37,843 nt of DNA. It comes from a virus. The position numbers and the translations under genes are program-made. Below are positions 1 to 8,066 of the stretch, piece after piece. Position 1 is the first letter of the stretch. Each line of letters opens with the position of its first letter. The stretch lies in UHGV virus genome UHGV-1372824; one strand, 5' to 3'. Under the pieces are notes generated by a model, which worked only from the letters and a program-made list of their open reading frames with translations, ran no database searches and had not been told where the DNA came from.

Positions 1-485
1 ACCTTGTACACGATGCAGACGGAGAACTGACAAGCTATCAAGAGGGCGGCATTTATGAGGATTTGGACAACATTTCGGAGAACATTGGAGCAATAGACAC
101 AAAGGTCAAAAGCTTTGATGCAAGGGAAACGGCTATTTATAACGCCATACAGGACAACAGCCTTATAGCAAGAAAAAATGCAAGGGTTGAGGAAAATTCT
201 ATAATAATTACCAACGATACAACCACAGAAGACATCGCAAATCTGCTGAATTATCTACAACTTAATGCTGATTCTATTATGATTTACGGCGACGGAGATT
301 CGATTGTAACAATAGCAAAGACTGAAGGTAATGCTGGTTATATGGAAATGGCAGGAACATCTTTGCTTATAGCACAGGAGTCAAGGCTTTCCACGATTAG
401 ATTGAGGTCAGCAGACAAAATTGGAAGCCTTGCCTTTGTTGCAAGTAGTGACGGTCATGTGTCGTTAAGGGAGGTGCTGGATTAA
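1..485 (+). CDS. tail fibre protein, 3' part (5' end lies outside window; reading frame open from base 3)
   Basis: No stop codon from the window edge to 485; the frame is continuous with the 3'-open fibre ORF starting at 37501 if the window is circularised. Confidence 0.5.
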   Translation, partial: LVHDADGELTSYQEGGIYEDLDNISENIGAIDTKVKSFDARETAIYNAIQDNSLIARKNARVEENSIIITNDTTTEDIANLLNYLQLNADSIMIYGDGDSIVTIAKTEGNAGYMEMAGTSLLIAQESRLSTIRLRSADKIGSLAFVASSDGHVSLREVLD

Positions 486-1951
486 TGTCAACAGTATATT
501 CGGGATATTCGAAAGGGTGGAAACCAGTTGGTTCAGACATCTACAAGAAATACAGGGCAAGGCTTGATTATAGTTTAGTATCGGAAACAGCTACCACAAT
601 AACCTACAGGGCGGTTCTTTATGTAAATATAAATTCGTCTGTTAATGCGTCATATTCAGGAACACTTAACATCAGCGGCACAACATACACTGGTTCATGT
701 AAAACGGTGTTCGGTGAAACCAATACGGTAACTTGCGTTAGTGCCAAGACGAAGACATTCAATAAAGGAGCAACGGCAACTACCGCCACAATAAAGGGTG
801 GTGTACGGTCATCAAATGGCTCATGGACAGGAGCAACAGTAACGGCATCAGCCACAGTAACAATTCCTGCTCTTGCACCTGCTACCATTACATTCAATGC
901 CAACGGTGGTTCGGGTTCGGTTTCGGCAATCAGCACTTATGTTGGAGTTGCTAACACTATTCCGTCTAACAGCCTTACACGCACAGGATACACATTCAAC
1001 GGTTGGAACACAGCAAGCGATGGAAGCGGCACGGCATATGCGACAGGCTCAACCATTACACCATCGGGCGATGTAACATTGTATGCCCAGTGGAAAACAA
1101 CCTTTGTAAAACCTGAAATTCAGAACCTTTTGGCGTTCAGAACTGCTAATGCAAGCGGTGGAGCATCACCAACAGTTACAAGCACAGGCACAACAGGATT
1201 CTGTAAGTTCCAGCTTGTCGGCGGTGCAAATTATACATTCACAAGTGCAACGGTTCAGTTTGGCACGGCTACGGCAAAATCAATGAAAAAAAGTGGTACC
1301 ACTGTATACGAATATTCAACAGTCGGTTCAATCGCTCAAGCGTCAGCGTATACGGTCAAGGTTACAGTCGTTGTTAAAGGAACAGACGGAGTATCAAGGA
1401 CATACACTGATTCGACATATATATCAAAGTCAGTTCCTGTATTCGATGTGGCGAGCAATGGTAACTGTTTTGCGTTTTTCGGACCTGCTATAGATGGTCA
1501 GACAGACCCAAAACTTTTAATCAATGGGGAACTATCATTTGGTACAGAAGCAGCTGTGGCGAAAGCGATAGCAAATCTCGGTTTAACTGGAGCAGAAACA
1601 AAAAAGCTATTGTGGACTAATGCAAGCCCGACAAGCACATTTGCGGCACAGACGGTGAGTTTGGCTTTAAGTGGGTATGATGCGGTTGAAATCGAATACT
1701 ATGCGTCTACAAGTAAAGCAGTTTTAGACGTAACCAAGAAAAAAATTGGTGCATCTTCTATGCTAACGGGTTACCTTAACCCTCAATCCACAAATGGATA
1801 TATCAATCTTCTTTCACGTTTGTTTGATGTGACTACAAGTGGAATTACATTTAAAGGGGGATTTGCCAAAAGAACGTCTGACTCTTCCACCACTTCGAAT
1901 AATAACAGTTACTGCGTACCATACAAAATTTACGGCATTAAGGGGGTGTAA
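485..1951 (+). CDS. tail fibre / receptor-binding protein with a Listeria-Bacteroides (Flg_new-type) repeat
   Basis: 488-aa ORF, T/S/G-rich; the segment TGYTFNGWNTASDGSGTAYATGSTITPSGDVTLYAQW matches the Listeria-Bacteroides repeat signature; start overlaps upstream stop (ATTAATG). Confidence 0.55.
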   Translation: MSTVYSGYSKGWKPVGSDIYKKYRARLDYSLVSETATTITYRAVLYVNINSSVNASYSGTLNISGTTYTGSCKTVFGETNTVTCVSAKTKTFNKGATATTATIKGGVRSSNGSWTGATVTASATVTIPALAPATITFNANGGSGSVSAISTYVGVANTIPSNSLTRTGYTFNGWNTASDGSGTAYATGSTITPSGDVTLYAQWKTTFVKPEIQNLLAFRTANASGGASPTVTSTGTTGFCKFQLVGGANYTFTSATVQFGTATAKSMKKSGTTVYEYSTVGSIAQASAYTVKVTVVVKGTDGVSRTYTDSTYISKSVPVFDVASNGNCFAFFGPAIDGQTDPKLLINGELSFGTEAAVAKAIANLGLTGAETKKLLWTNASPTSTFAAQTVSLALSGYDAVEIEYYASTSKAVLDVTKKKIGASSMLTGYLNPQSTNGYINLLSRLFDVTTSGITFKGGFAKRTSDSSTTSNNNSYCVPYKIYGIKGV

Positions 1952-1954
1952 ACA

Positions 1955-2194
1955 ATGTATAGTTTAAATTTAGATACAGATAACAGAATATTATCGGCTT
2001 GTGTATGCCTTGAGGGTTTTGAGTATACGAACATTGTGGATGCACTTCCTGAAGGTGATATATCAGATTACAGGTACGCTGACGGTGAATATGTTTATGA
2101 CCCTCTGCCAGAGCCAGAGCCACAGCCAGAAGAACCAACGGCAGACGATGTGATTGATGCACTTCTCGGGATAGGAGGTAGCGGCAATGAATAG
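1955..2194 (+). CDS. hypothetical small acidic protein (PEPEPQPEEP linker)
   Basis: 79-aa ORF packed between fibre and lysis genes. Confidence 0.35.
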   Translation: MYSLNLDTDNRILSACVCLEGFEYTNIVDALPEGDISDYRYADGEYVYDPLPEPEPQPEEPTADDVIDALLGIGGSGNE

Positions 2195-2612
2195 ATTACA
2201 ATCGGCAGAACAATTCAGAAAGGCATTGCAGATGTATGCTCAAACTCTCACAGATGAACAGGCAATGGAAATAGCAACGGTATATCCAGCCTATGAAGTG
2301 GGCAGAGCATACACAACAGACGAGATGTTTACATACGGCATTAACGATGTAGGAGACCCACAGCTTTACAGGGTGGTGCAAGACCATACATCGCAGGAAG
2401 ATTGGAAGCCTGACAGCACTCCTGCACTTTATACGGCAATCGGGTTGAATCCGCAGGGCTATCCGACATGGTCAAGACCGACAGGCTCGCACGATGCTTA
2501 CAACACAGGCGATATTGTGGACTATAACGGAACTCTGTATAAGTCTCTGATAGACGGTAATGTGTGGTCTCCTGAAGAGTACCCAGCGGGATGGGAAGAG
2601 GTGACAGTATGA
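2187..2612 (+). CDS. protein with C-terminal CBM5/12-like (chitin-binding type 3) carbohydrate-binding domain
   Basis: AGGAGG RBS; C-terminal TWSRPTGSHDAYNTGDIVDYNGTLYKSLIDGNVWSPEEYPAGWEEV fits the W..Y..GD.V.Y.G..Y......P....W pattern of CBM5/12. Confidence 0.5.
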   Translation: MNRLQSAEQFRKALQMYAQTLTDEQAMEIATVYPAYEVGRAYTTDEMFTYGINDVGDPQLYRVVQDHTSQEDWKPDSTPALYTAIGLNPQGYPTWSRPTGSHDAYNTGDIVDYNGTLYKSLIDGNVWSPEEYPAGWEEVTV

Positions 2613-2734
2613 AATTTAACGAAATGACAATCGAACAGCTGAAGGCATACAGGGCGAGCGTTGAAGCATACGGCACAGCAAGAGAACTGTATGAAGTGGA
2701 AATGAGAATAAAGGAACTTGAGGGCAATCACTAA
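2609..2734 (+). CDS. small hypothetical protein (41 aa)
   Basis: ATGA start/stop overlap with upstream gene; below the size cut-off of the ORF track. Confidence 0.3.
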   Translation: MKFNEMTIEQLKAYRASVEAYGTARELYEVEMRIKELEGNH

Positions 2735-2774
2735 AGATTGCCTTTTTTAGTGCAAAGAAAGGAAAGGTATCGTT

Positions 2775-3074
2775 ATGAAGAAATCGTTAGTTACAGCAAT
2801 AGTATCCGTGATTGTGTTCATTCTTCTTGTAATCAACACAATTTTCGACACAAACCTTGAAGTCCCTGCGGATATTCTAGAGTCGGTAGCGGTGCTTATC
2901 GCAACAGGAATAATGTGGTTCATATCACACTACTACAATCAGGACTATTCAGCCGTCGCAAAGAAGATTACCCCGATAATGAGAAAAGCAAAGAAGCTGG
3001 CAAAGAACGGAGATAACTCACTGCTTGACTCAATAGAAATACTCGTTAAAGAGTGGGGTGGCAAAGATGATTAA
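2775..3074 (+). CDS. holin (two predicted TM helices, charged C-terminus)
   Basis: 99 aa, hydrophobic segments at residues 6-24 and 36-54, lysine-rich tail, immediately upstream of endolysin. Confidence 0.6.
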   Translation: MKKSLVTAIVSVIVFILLVINTIFDTNLEVPADILESVAVLIATGIMWFISHYYNQDYSAVAKKITPIMRKAKKLAKNGDNSLLDSIEILVKEWGGKDD

Positions 3075-3864
3075 CGCAATATACATTCTACCAACCAAGA
3101 CTGCAAGCTGCCCTGTTTTTGGCGACAAGGCAATCGCAAAGAAAATGAATGTTCCGTGGGGCAAGCATAAAGTCGGAGACATTGTGCTCTTCGACTTTAA
3201 CGGCAACGGAACATCAGACCATGCAGGTATCGTCATTGGTGTTAGCGGCAATACAATCACAACGATTGAGGGCAACACAGGAATCGGCAACAACACGAAC
3301 GGCGGACAGGTCCAGAAGAGGACAAGAAGCAGGGATGTTGTCAATTATTTCGTCAGGCCAAAATACAACGAAGATGTAACTGCAGACATGGTAATAGCCA
3401 CTGCAAAGGCAGAAATCGGGTACAAGGAATCACCTAAAAACTCGAACAAGACAAAGTACGGCAAGTGGATAGGCGCAGACGGACAGCCCTGGTGCTGTTC
3501 TTTTGTTTGTTGGCTGTTTGCGCATCTGATTAATACAAAGGCGCCTGTTAATCAGCCGGTGAAGAGTGAAAACAAATCTCAGAATAACAACTATGTTATA
3601 GGAAAGACATACACTATCAAGGCGAAGTCAGGACTGTATGTACGGACAGGTGCAGGAACTAAATATGCAATTAAGAAAGTCAATGACATGACAGCAGACG
3701 GAAAAGCCCACTGCACAAGAAGGAGCTCATCTGATAACGCAGTCCTGAAAAAGGGCACACGAGTAACGGTGCTGGCGGTTAAGAAGTCCGGCAAAGAGAC
3801 TTGGATTCGCATTCCGTCGGGCTGGATCTGCGCAATACAGAACGGGGCAGTATATGTAAAGTGA
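3058..3864 (+). CDS. endolysin: CHAP/NlpC-P60-like cysteine peptidase or amidase plus C-terminal SH3b cell-wall-binding domain
   Basis: His-type motif GDIVLFDF..HAGIVIGV..TIEGNTG and Cys-type motif YGKWIGADGQPWCCSFVCW; C-terminal KTYTIKAKSGLYVRTGAGTKY...WIRIPSGWI resembles SH3b. Confidence 0.7.
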   Translation: MAKMINAIYILPTKTASCPVFGDKAIAKKMNVPWGKHKVGDIVLFDFNGNGTSDHAGIVIGVSGNTITTIEGNTGIGNNTNGGQVQKRTRSRDVVNYFVRPKYNEDVTADMVIATAKAEIGYKESPKNSNKTKYGKWIGADGQPWCCSFVCWLFAHLINTKAPVNQPVKSENKSQNNNYVIGKTYTIKAKSGLYVRTGAGTKYAIKKVNDMTADGKAHCTRRSSSDNAVLKKGTRVTVLAVKKSGKETWIRIPSGWICAIQNGAVYVK

Positions 3865-3875
3865 GGTAGGCAAGA

Positions 3876-4109
3876 ATGACAGATGCTTTAATTTCAGCAG
3901 GAGCGGCAATACTTGTATGCGTGATTTCGAACTATTTTCAGAACAAGAAAACGACTGCGCTTATGGAATACAAGATTGACCAGTTGACCAAGAAGGTAGA
4001 TTTACACAATAACGCCATAACACGCCTGTATGAGGTAGAGAGAAGGCTTGGAATTGATGAGGAAAAAATAAAGGTCGCCAATCATAGAATTAAAGACTTG
4101 GAGAAGTAA
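3876..4109 (+). CDS. small membrane protein with N-terminal TM helix and coiled-coil tail (lysis accessory or holin-like)
   Basis: 77 aa, hydrophobic N-terminus AGAAILVCVISNYF, then heptad-like charged region; last gene of the lysis cassette. Confidence 0.4.
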   Translation: MTDALISAGAAILVCVISNYFQNKKTTALMEYKIDQLTKKVDLHNNAITRLYEVERRLGIDEEKIKVANHRIKDLEK

Positions 4110-4145
4110 TTGTATTAGTAATTAAATAGTGTTATTTTCGTTTCC

Positions 4146-4180
4146 GGAGGGTAGCATTGCTACCCTCTTATTTTTATTTC
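4146..4180. terminator. bidirectional rho-independent terminator
   Basis: Perfect hairpin GAGGGTAGCA/TGCTACCCTC followed by TTATTTTTATTT on + and preceded by an A-rich run (a T-run for the convergent minus-strand gene). Confidence 0.6.
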
Positions 4181-4501
4181 TGCGCTATCCACATAATAAT
4201 AGAGCCGTGATATGAACTGCGAGTTTGTGGGCTTTCCGTGCATGTTCCGGAACAAAAGATTGATGGTCTTATTCCTGTCCTGTTGCCAGCAGAGAGCAAT
4301 GGCATTTCTGATACACCGTTCCACGGAGCAGGGTGTTGTATCATACATCTGCGCTATCTCGTCATATAGGCATTTTAGGTGCCCGCTGTAGTCGTCCCCA
4401 TTTTCAATGCAAATAAGCAAGGCGTTCTCGATGTATTTGAATCCGAGCAGATTCGTCGGCACATTCAAGTCGAATAATGTGTTTCTGATATTGTTTAACA
4501 T
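4160..4501 (-). CDS. stand-alone Spo0A C-terminal (effector/DNA-binding) domain protein
   Basis: TTPCSVERCIRNAIALCW and HGKPTNSQFISRL align with the Spo0A C-terminal motifs TTASRVERAIRHAIEVAW and KAKPTNSEFIA; GGAGGA RBS before the internal ATG at 4501; no receiver domain. Confidence 0.7.
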   Translation of the reverse strand: MLNNIRNTLFDLNVPTNLLGFKYIENALLICIENGDDYSGHLKCLYDEIAQMYDTTPCSVERCIRNAIALCWQQDRNKTINLLFRNMHGKPTNSQFISRLYYYVDSAEIKIRG

Positions 4502-4550
4502 AATTCCTCCTCTAACAAACCAATACCGTAATCTAATCATAAAGAATAGT

Positions 4551-4579
4551 TTGACAACTTAAAATATCGGGCGTAACAT
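4551..4579 (+). promoter_or_regulatory. sigma-A-like promoter (TTGACA-17 nt-TAACAT) for the XRE/S24 gene
   Basis: Read directly from the sequence. Confidence 0.4.
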
Positions 4580-4595
4580 TAAAATTGTAAAATTT

Positions 4596-4620
4596 TGTCG
4601 AATTTATGTCATTGATGACA
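4596..4620. promoter_or_regulatory. canonical Spo0A 0A box TGTCGAA followed by the 14-bp palindrome TGTCATTGATGACA
   Basis: Exact 7-mer at 4596..4602; palindrome at 4607..4620 directly upstream of the RBS of the 4632 gene. Confidence 0.35.
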
Positions 4621-4631
4621 AAGAGGTAATT

Positions 4632-5312
4632 ATGCTCGGCAAGAATATAAAAGCAATGATGCGCATGAGGGGCATCAACTGCAGGGAGCTGTCAGAGGCT
4701 TCTAATGTGCCCATAGAGACAGTGAGAAATATCTACTATGGGAAAGTTAAGGACCCCAAGATATCAACCGTGATAGCCTTTTCAAGGGCTCTTGGCTGTA
4801 CTGTCAATCACCTGATGGGCGATGAGGTGTTCACTTCTAAAGAGATTAACTTAATTGAGAACTACAGGAAGTGCGGAACGCACGGCAAGGCCATTATGTC
4901 GCTAATAGGAAGATATGAAGCAATGACGGCCAAGCACGACGGAGAAACGCCGCACATTGTCCCTTGTTTTGTGCCGGAGGGTGTAATGGTGGACGGCTTC
5001 GAATACAAGAGCAGTGAAGTCGTTGATGTTGAGACGGATATACCGGACGCATACACGGCCATCAAGGTTAACAGCAATAATTATATGCCGTCGTTTTGCA
5101 AAGGCGATATTATCCTTCTTGAGGACCGGTTCCCGGAGAACGGAGAGCGAGCTGTTTTCGTGATAAACGGCGTCGGGTACTTCCGACGATTCATTGAAAA
5201 AGACGGGCGAAACACTATGCGTTCAATCAGTCGTCACGGTGACGATATAGTCATAAAAAGAGCCGACGAGGTAAACTGCGTCGGCACTTATATCGGAGTA
5301 ATTAAGGCGTAA
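4632..5312 (+). CDS. XRE-family HTH regulator with C-terminal S24 (LexA/CI-like) peptidase-fold domain
   Basis: N-terminal HTH ELSEASNVPIETVRNIYYGK; C-terminal NYMPSFCKGDIILLE...VIKRADE has an S24-like fold but the nucleophile Ser position appears substituted. Confidence 0.65.
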   Translation: MLGKNIKAMMRMRGINCRELSEASNVPIETVRNIYYGKVKDPKISTVIAFSRALGCTVNHLMGDEVFTSKEINLIENYRKCGTHGKAIMSLIGRYEAMTAKHDGETPHIVPCFVPEGVMVDGFEYKSSEVVDVETDIPDAYTAIKVNSNNYMPSFCKGDIILLEDRFPENGERAVFVINGVGYFRRFIEKDGRNTMRSISRHGDDIVIKRADEVNCVGTYIGVIKA

Positions 5313-5579
5313 AAGGTAGCGCTTATTTTTTTTGGTAAGTAACGTATAAGTAACAAATTTACTACCAAAACCCTTTAAGAATGGGTATTTTTCAACGATT
5401 TCAGATATTATATCGGTAATTCGCAGATATACATAGAATAAACCAACCCGCAAATTAAAAACAGCTTAAAACCTTGATAAATGTGCATTTTTCAACGCTT
5501 TTAGCTGTTTTTTGTTTTGTCTAAAATGCTTAAAAAACACCATAAAATCTTATTAAAAAGTAACACGTAAGTAACAGAT
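5313..5579. other. candidate attP / integrase arm-site region (AT-rich, repeat-rich intergenic)
   Basis: 25-nt direct repeats AAGTAAC..TAAGTAACA.ATTTA at 5337..5361 and 5558..5582; ATTTTTCAACG.TTT.AG repeated at 5386..5406 and 5485..5507; lies next to the int 3' end. Confidence 0.4.
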
Positions 5580-6752
5580 TTATAGGGTATATTTGTCGAT
5601 TTCCGCAACCAAATCTTCAATCATTGCGTGAGTGTATGTGTCCTGTGTAAGGTCTTGGGCGGAGTGTCCGATAATCTTCTTAACAAGTATCGGATTCATT
5701 CTTGATGCGGCTGCGTATGTTGCGAATGAGTGTCGGCACTCGTGCGGTGTATGCCTCATGCTAAAAGCATCGCACATAGGCTCAAAGAACGATGTCAGGT
5801 ATCCGTTATAGTCAATCTTCTTATCCTTGTTGTTTCTAAAAATATACCCTGTACTATTTAATACAATCCGTCTTTTTATCAGCGGAATGATTTTTTTATG
5901 AACCGGCACGATACGACGTGCGGCGGCTGTCTTTGTTCCTCGCAGATCTAACCATCTTTCCTCAAGGTGTATGTCCTCTGCCTTGAGCTCCAGAAGCTCA
6001 CTGATACGCATTCCTGTATATAGCATAATGACAACCGAATCCATCAGAGCGACGCCGGAAACGGCGCTTTTTCGTTCTGACTTATGCACCCATTCAAGGT
6101 TATCCCACACAACCTGAACCTCTTCCCTTGTGAAAGGTTTCTTCTCTTTTGACTCTTTTTCAGAAGTGATCTCGACGAATTTCGAATAATCTTTTTCAAC
6201 GAAGTTGTTTTTATCGGCAATCTTGTAAATTGCGTGGAACAGTTTCAGCAGATTGTTTTGTGTTGATTTAGACTTATCTGCATATTCATTGACAACATTC
6301 TGCATATGAGTTGTTACTATCTCATGCATCCTCATGTTGTACAGGCTCCCGCACTTCTTGTATGCACCCTCATACGATGCCTTTGCACCCGGCTTCATCT
6401 TGTCAATCTTTTCTGCCTTAAAAATCTCATATACTTGCTGAAATGTGATTGCCCTTTTGTCAAGGTCGTAAGGGTTCTTGTTGTACTCTGCAAGCGCTAT
6501 TTGAGCATCAGCCTGTTTCTCGTAATATCCGATAGCCACTTGATTCTGTTTTCCCTTCGGCTGCCTTGCAATGTATTCGTTATATGCAGTCTCTACCTGT
6601 TGGAACAGCTCCTCTGTCAGAGCCTCTTTCAGGAACGATATATCCCGCTTTTTCACACGCATCTCGTATCCGGTTGTGACGACTACCGCAAAAGGTCGCC
6701 TGCGATTGCCGGACAGCTTCTTGATTGTTCCATATCCGTTAGGATTTTTCAT
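5580..6752 (-). CDS. int: tyrosine site-specific recombinase (phage integrase)
   Basis: 390 aa; C-terminal catalytic region HTPHECRHSFATYAA...IIGHS...TYTH with conserved R..H..R..Y pattern. Confidence 0.9.
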   Translation of the reverse strand: MKNPNGYGTIKKLSGNRRRPFAVVVTTGYEMRVKKRDISFLKEALTEELFQQVETAYNEYIARQPKGKQNQVAIGYYEKQADAQIALAEYNKNPYDLDKRAITFQQVYEIFKAEKIDKMKPGAKASYEGAYKKCGSLYNMRMHEIVTTHMQNVVNEYADKSKSTQNNLLKLFHAIYKIADKNNFVEKDYSKFVEITSEKESKEKKPFTREEVQVVWDNLEWVHKSERKSAVSGVALMDSVVIMLYTGMRISELLELKAEDIHLEERWLDLRGTKTAAARRIVPVHKKIIPLIKRRIVLNSTGYIFRNNKDKKIDYNGYLTSFFEPMCDAFSMRHTPHECRHSFATYAAASRMNPILVKKIIGHSAQDLTQDTYTHAMIEDLVAEIDKYTL

Positions 6753-6766
6753 GCTGAATCACTCCT

Positions 6767-6793
6767 AAAAATAAAGGCGGGACATGCCCGCCT
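6767..6793 (-). terminator. rho-independent terminator of the lipoprotein gene
   Basis: GGCGGG-ACATG-CCCGCC hairpin; on the minus strand it is followed by TTTATTTTT. Confidence 0.5.
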
Positions 6794-6798
6794 GTTTA

Positions 6799-7221
6799 TT
6801 ACATCGCTGAATCCATATAGGCATCAGTTATTTGACCGGCATACTCTTCATATACGTCGTAAAGTTTTCCTGCCCATTCTTCGTATACTTCTTGTTCGTC
6901 TCCGTTTTCTAACATAAGCTCTGCCATTTTTTCTGTGCCCTCTGTTTCGATTTTAGCGAGCTCCTCAATCTTGCTGTTTGACAGCTCCGCAAGTGCGTTT
7001 ATATCGCCTGACAGTTCAGCGGCTTCCTCGTTATATTCATCAATGAGCCCTGGTGTTGCTTCTTCAATCTTCTGGGTATATTCTTCAAGGATGCTTTCGT
7101 ATGTTGCCGGTTCCGTTGCCGGTTCTGAGGATTCTCCGGAATCTCCGCCTGATCCGCAAGCCGTAAACGCAAAAACCATAGCCATCATAACCAACACTGA
7201 TATAATCTTCTTCATTTTCAT
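6799..7221 (-). CDS. secreted acidic lipoprotein (moron / lysogenic-conversion or superinfection-exclusion candidate)
   Basis: Signal peptide MKMKKIISVLVMMAMVFAFTAC with lipobox FTAC; very E/D-rich mature protein; strong RBS AGGAGGGAA; sits between int and cI. Confidence 0.6.
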   Translation of the reverse strand: MKMKKIISVLVMMAMVFAFTACGSGGDSGESSEPATEPATYESILEEYTQKIEEATPGLIDEYNEEAAELSGDINALAELSNSKIEELAKIETEGTEKMAELMLENGDEQEVYEEWAGKLYDVYEEYAGQITDAYMDSAM

Positions 7222-7481
7222 TCCCTCCTAAAATACATAGATAACTTATTCACCGTGCGGAGAGGGTGGAGGGCGTTCGTGCTTTTTATGTCCCATATCG
7301 TTTTCCTTTATTGTCGTAAATCTTCCTGCATTTTCCGTTGTGTCTGAATATTACAGACTTGTATAATATTTTCAGAAAGATATTTCAGTTGTGAAAGGAT
7401 GAAGTGCAATGACTAAAAACGAATACTTAGAATCAATCAACGAGCTTCTTTCCCAGGTTGAGAAAGAGAGCACTCTTGAAT

Positions 7482-7871
7482 TCATTTTCGTTCTGCTGAG
7501 GAAAATAATTTAAGACTGTCAAGCATAGACTTGACAGCTAACAGCTTACCATTGTCCATCTTGTACAGAGTCAGAACTAACTCACTATACAGCTTATCAG
7601 TTTCCATTCTTATTAAGACGTCCGTAGTGGCGTCTATTTTTTTACTTGTTTCGGGCTTGTCTGATTCCCATCCCATAATATAAGCGGGAGTGGTATTTAG
7701 AGCATTAGCAATAGCAACGATTTTGCTTTGTGGCAATCCGCTTGCGTCTCTTTCAATCTTATTAATGGAAGACCTGGACTTATACCCGAGCTTTTTCGCA
7801 AGGTCGTCCTGCGACATTTTCAAGCATTCACGTCTTTCTTTTATTCTGTCACCAATTTTTCCGTTAGACAT
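7482..7871 (-). CDS. CI-like repressor (XRE-family HTH)
   Basis: HTH LKMSQDDLAKKLGYKSRSSINKIE; divergent from a Cro-like gene; GGAGGG RBS. Confidence 0.7.
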   Translation of the reverse strand: MSNGKIGDRIKERRECLKMSQDDLAKKLGYKSRSSINKIERDASGLPQSKIVAIANALNTTPAYIMGWESDKPETSKKIDATTDVLIRMETDKLYSELVLTLYKMDNGKLLAVKSMLDSLKLFSSAERK

Positions 7872-7895
7872 TTGTGTTTCCCTCCCGTCAACATG

Positions 7896-7924
7896 ATTAT
7901 AACCGCCTGTATAATTTTTTTCAA
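7896..7924 (-). promoter_or_regulatory. candidate repressor-maintenance promoter (TTGAAA-17-TATAAT on the minus strand)
   Basis: Read as the reverse complement of 7896..7924; the -35 overlaps an operator half-site TTCAAC. Confidence 0.4.
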
Positions 7925-7942
7925 CATTTTTTATAAATTATA

Positions 7943-7971
7943 TTGACATAATTACAAAGGGATGGTATTAT
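7943..7971 (+). promoter_or_regulatory. early rightward promoter (TTGACA-17 nt-TATTAT)
   Basis: Near-consensus hexamers with 17-nt spacing, immediately followed by operator palindrome. Confidence 0.55.
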
Positions 7972-7977
7972 TTCGAT

Positions 7978-7994
7978 GTTGAAAAAACTTCAAC
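7978..7994. promoter_or_regulatory. operator palindrome GTTGAA-N5-TTCAAC (O1)
   Basis: Perfect inverted repeat overlapping the predicted transcription start. Confidence 0.5.
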
Positions 7995-8010
7995 AAACAA
8001 CAACGAGAAA

Positions 8011-8027
8011 GTTGAAAGAACTTAAAC
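8011..8027. promoter_or_regulatory. imperfect operator GTTGAA-N5-TTAAAC (O2), 33 bp centre-to-centre from O1
   Basis: One mismatch relative to O1. Confidence 0.4.
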
Positions 8028-8066
8028 AGAGCGGGGCGGCAAATCCCCGCAGGAAGTGAGGGAGAA

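Noticed and set aside
619-936. 105-aa minus-strand ORF inside the fibre gene
   Set aside because: Antisense to a well-supported 488-aa gene; no RBS; composition reflects the T/S/G-rich sense strand
6306-6917. 203-aa + strand ORF
   Set aside because: Antisense to the integrase gene and running into the lipoprotein gene; low-complexity Leu/Cys-rich translation
7409-7513. 34-aa + ORF convergent with the 3' end of the repressor gene
   Set aside because: Very short, overlaps the repressor stop region, weak RBS; kept only as a remote possibility
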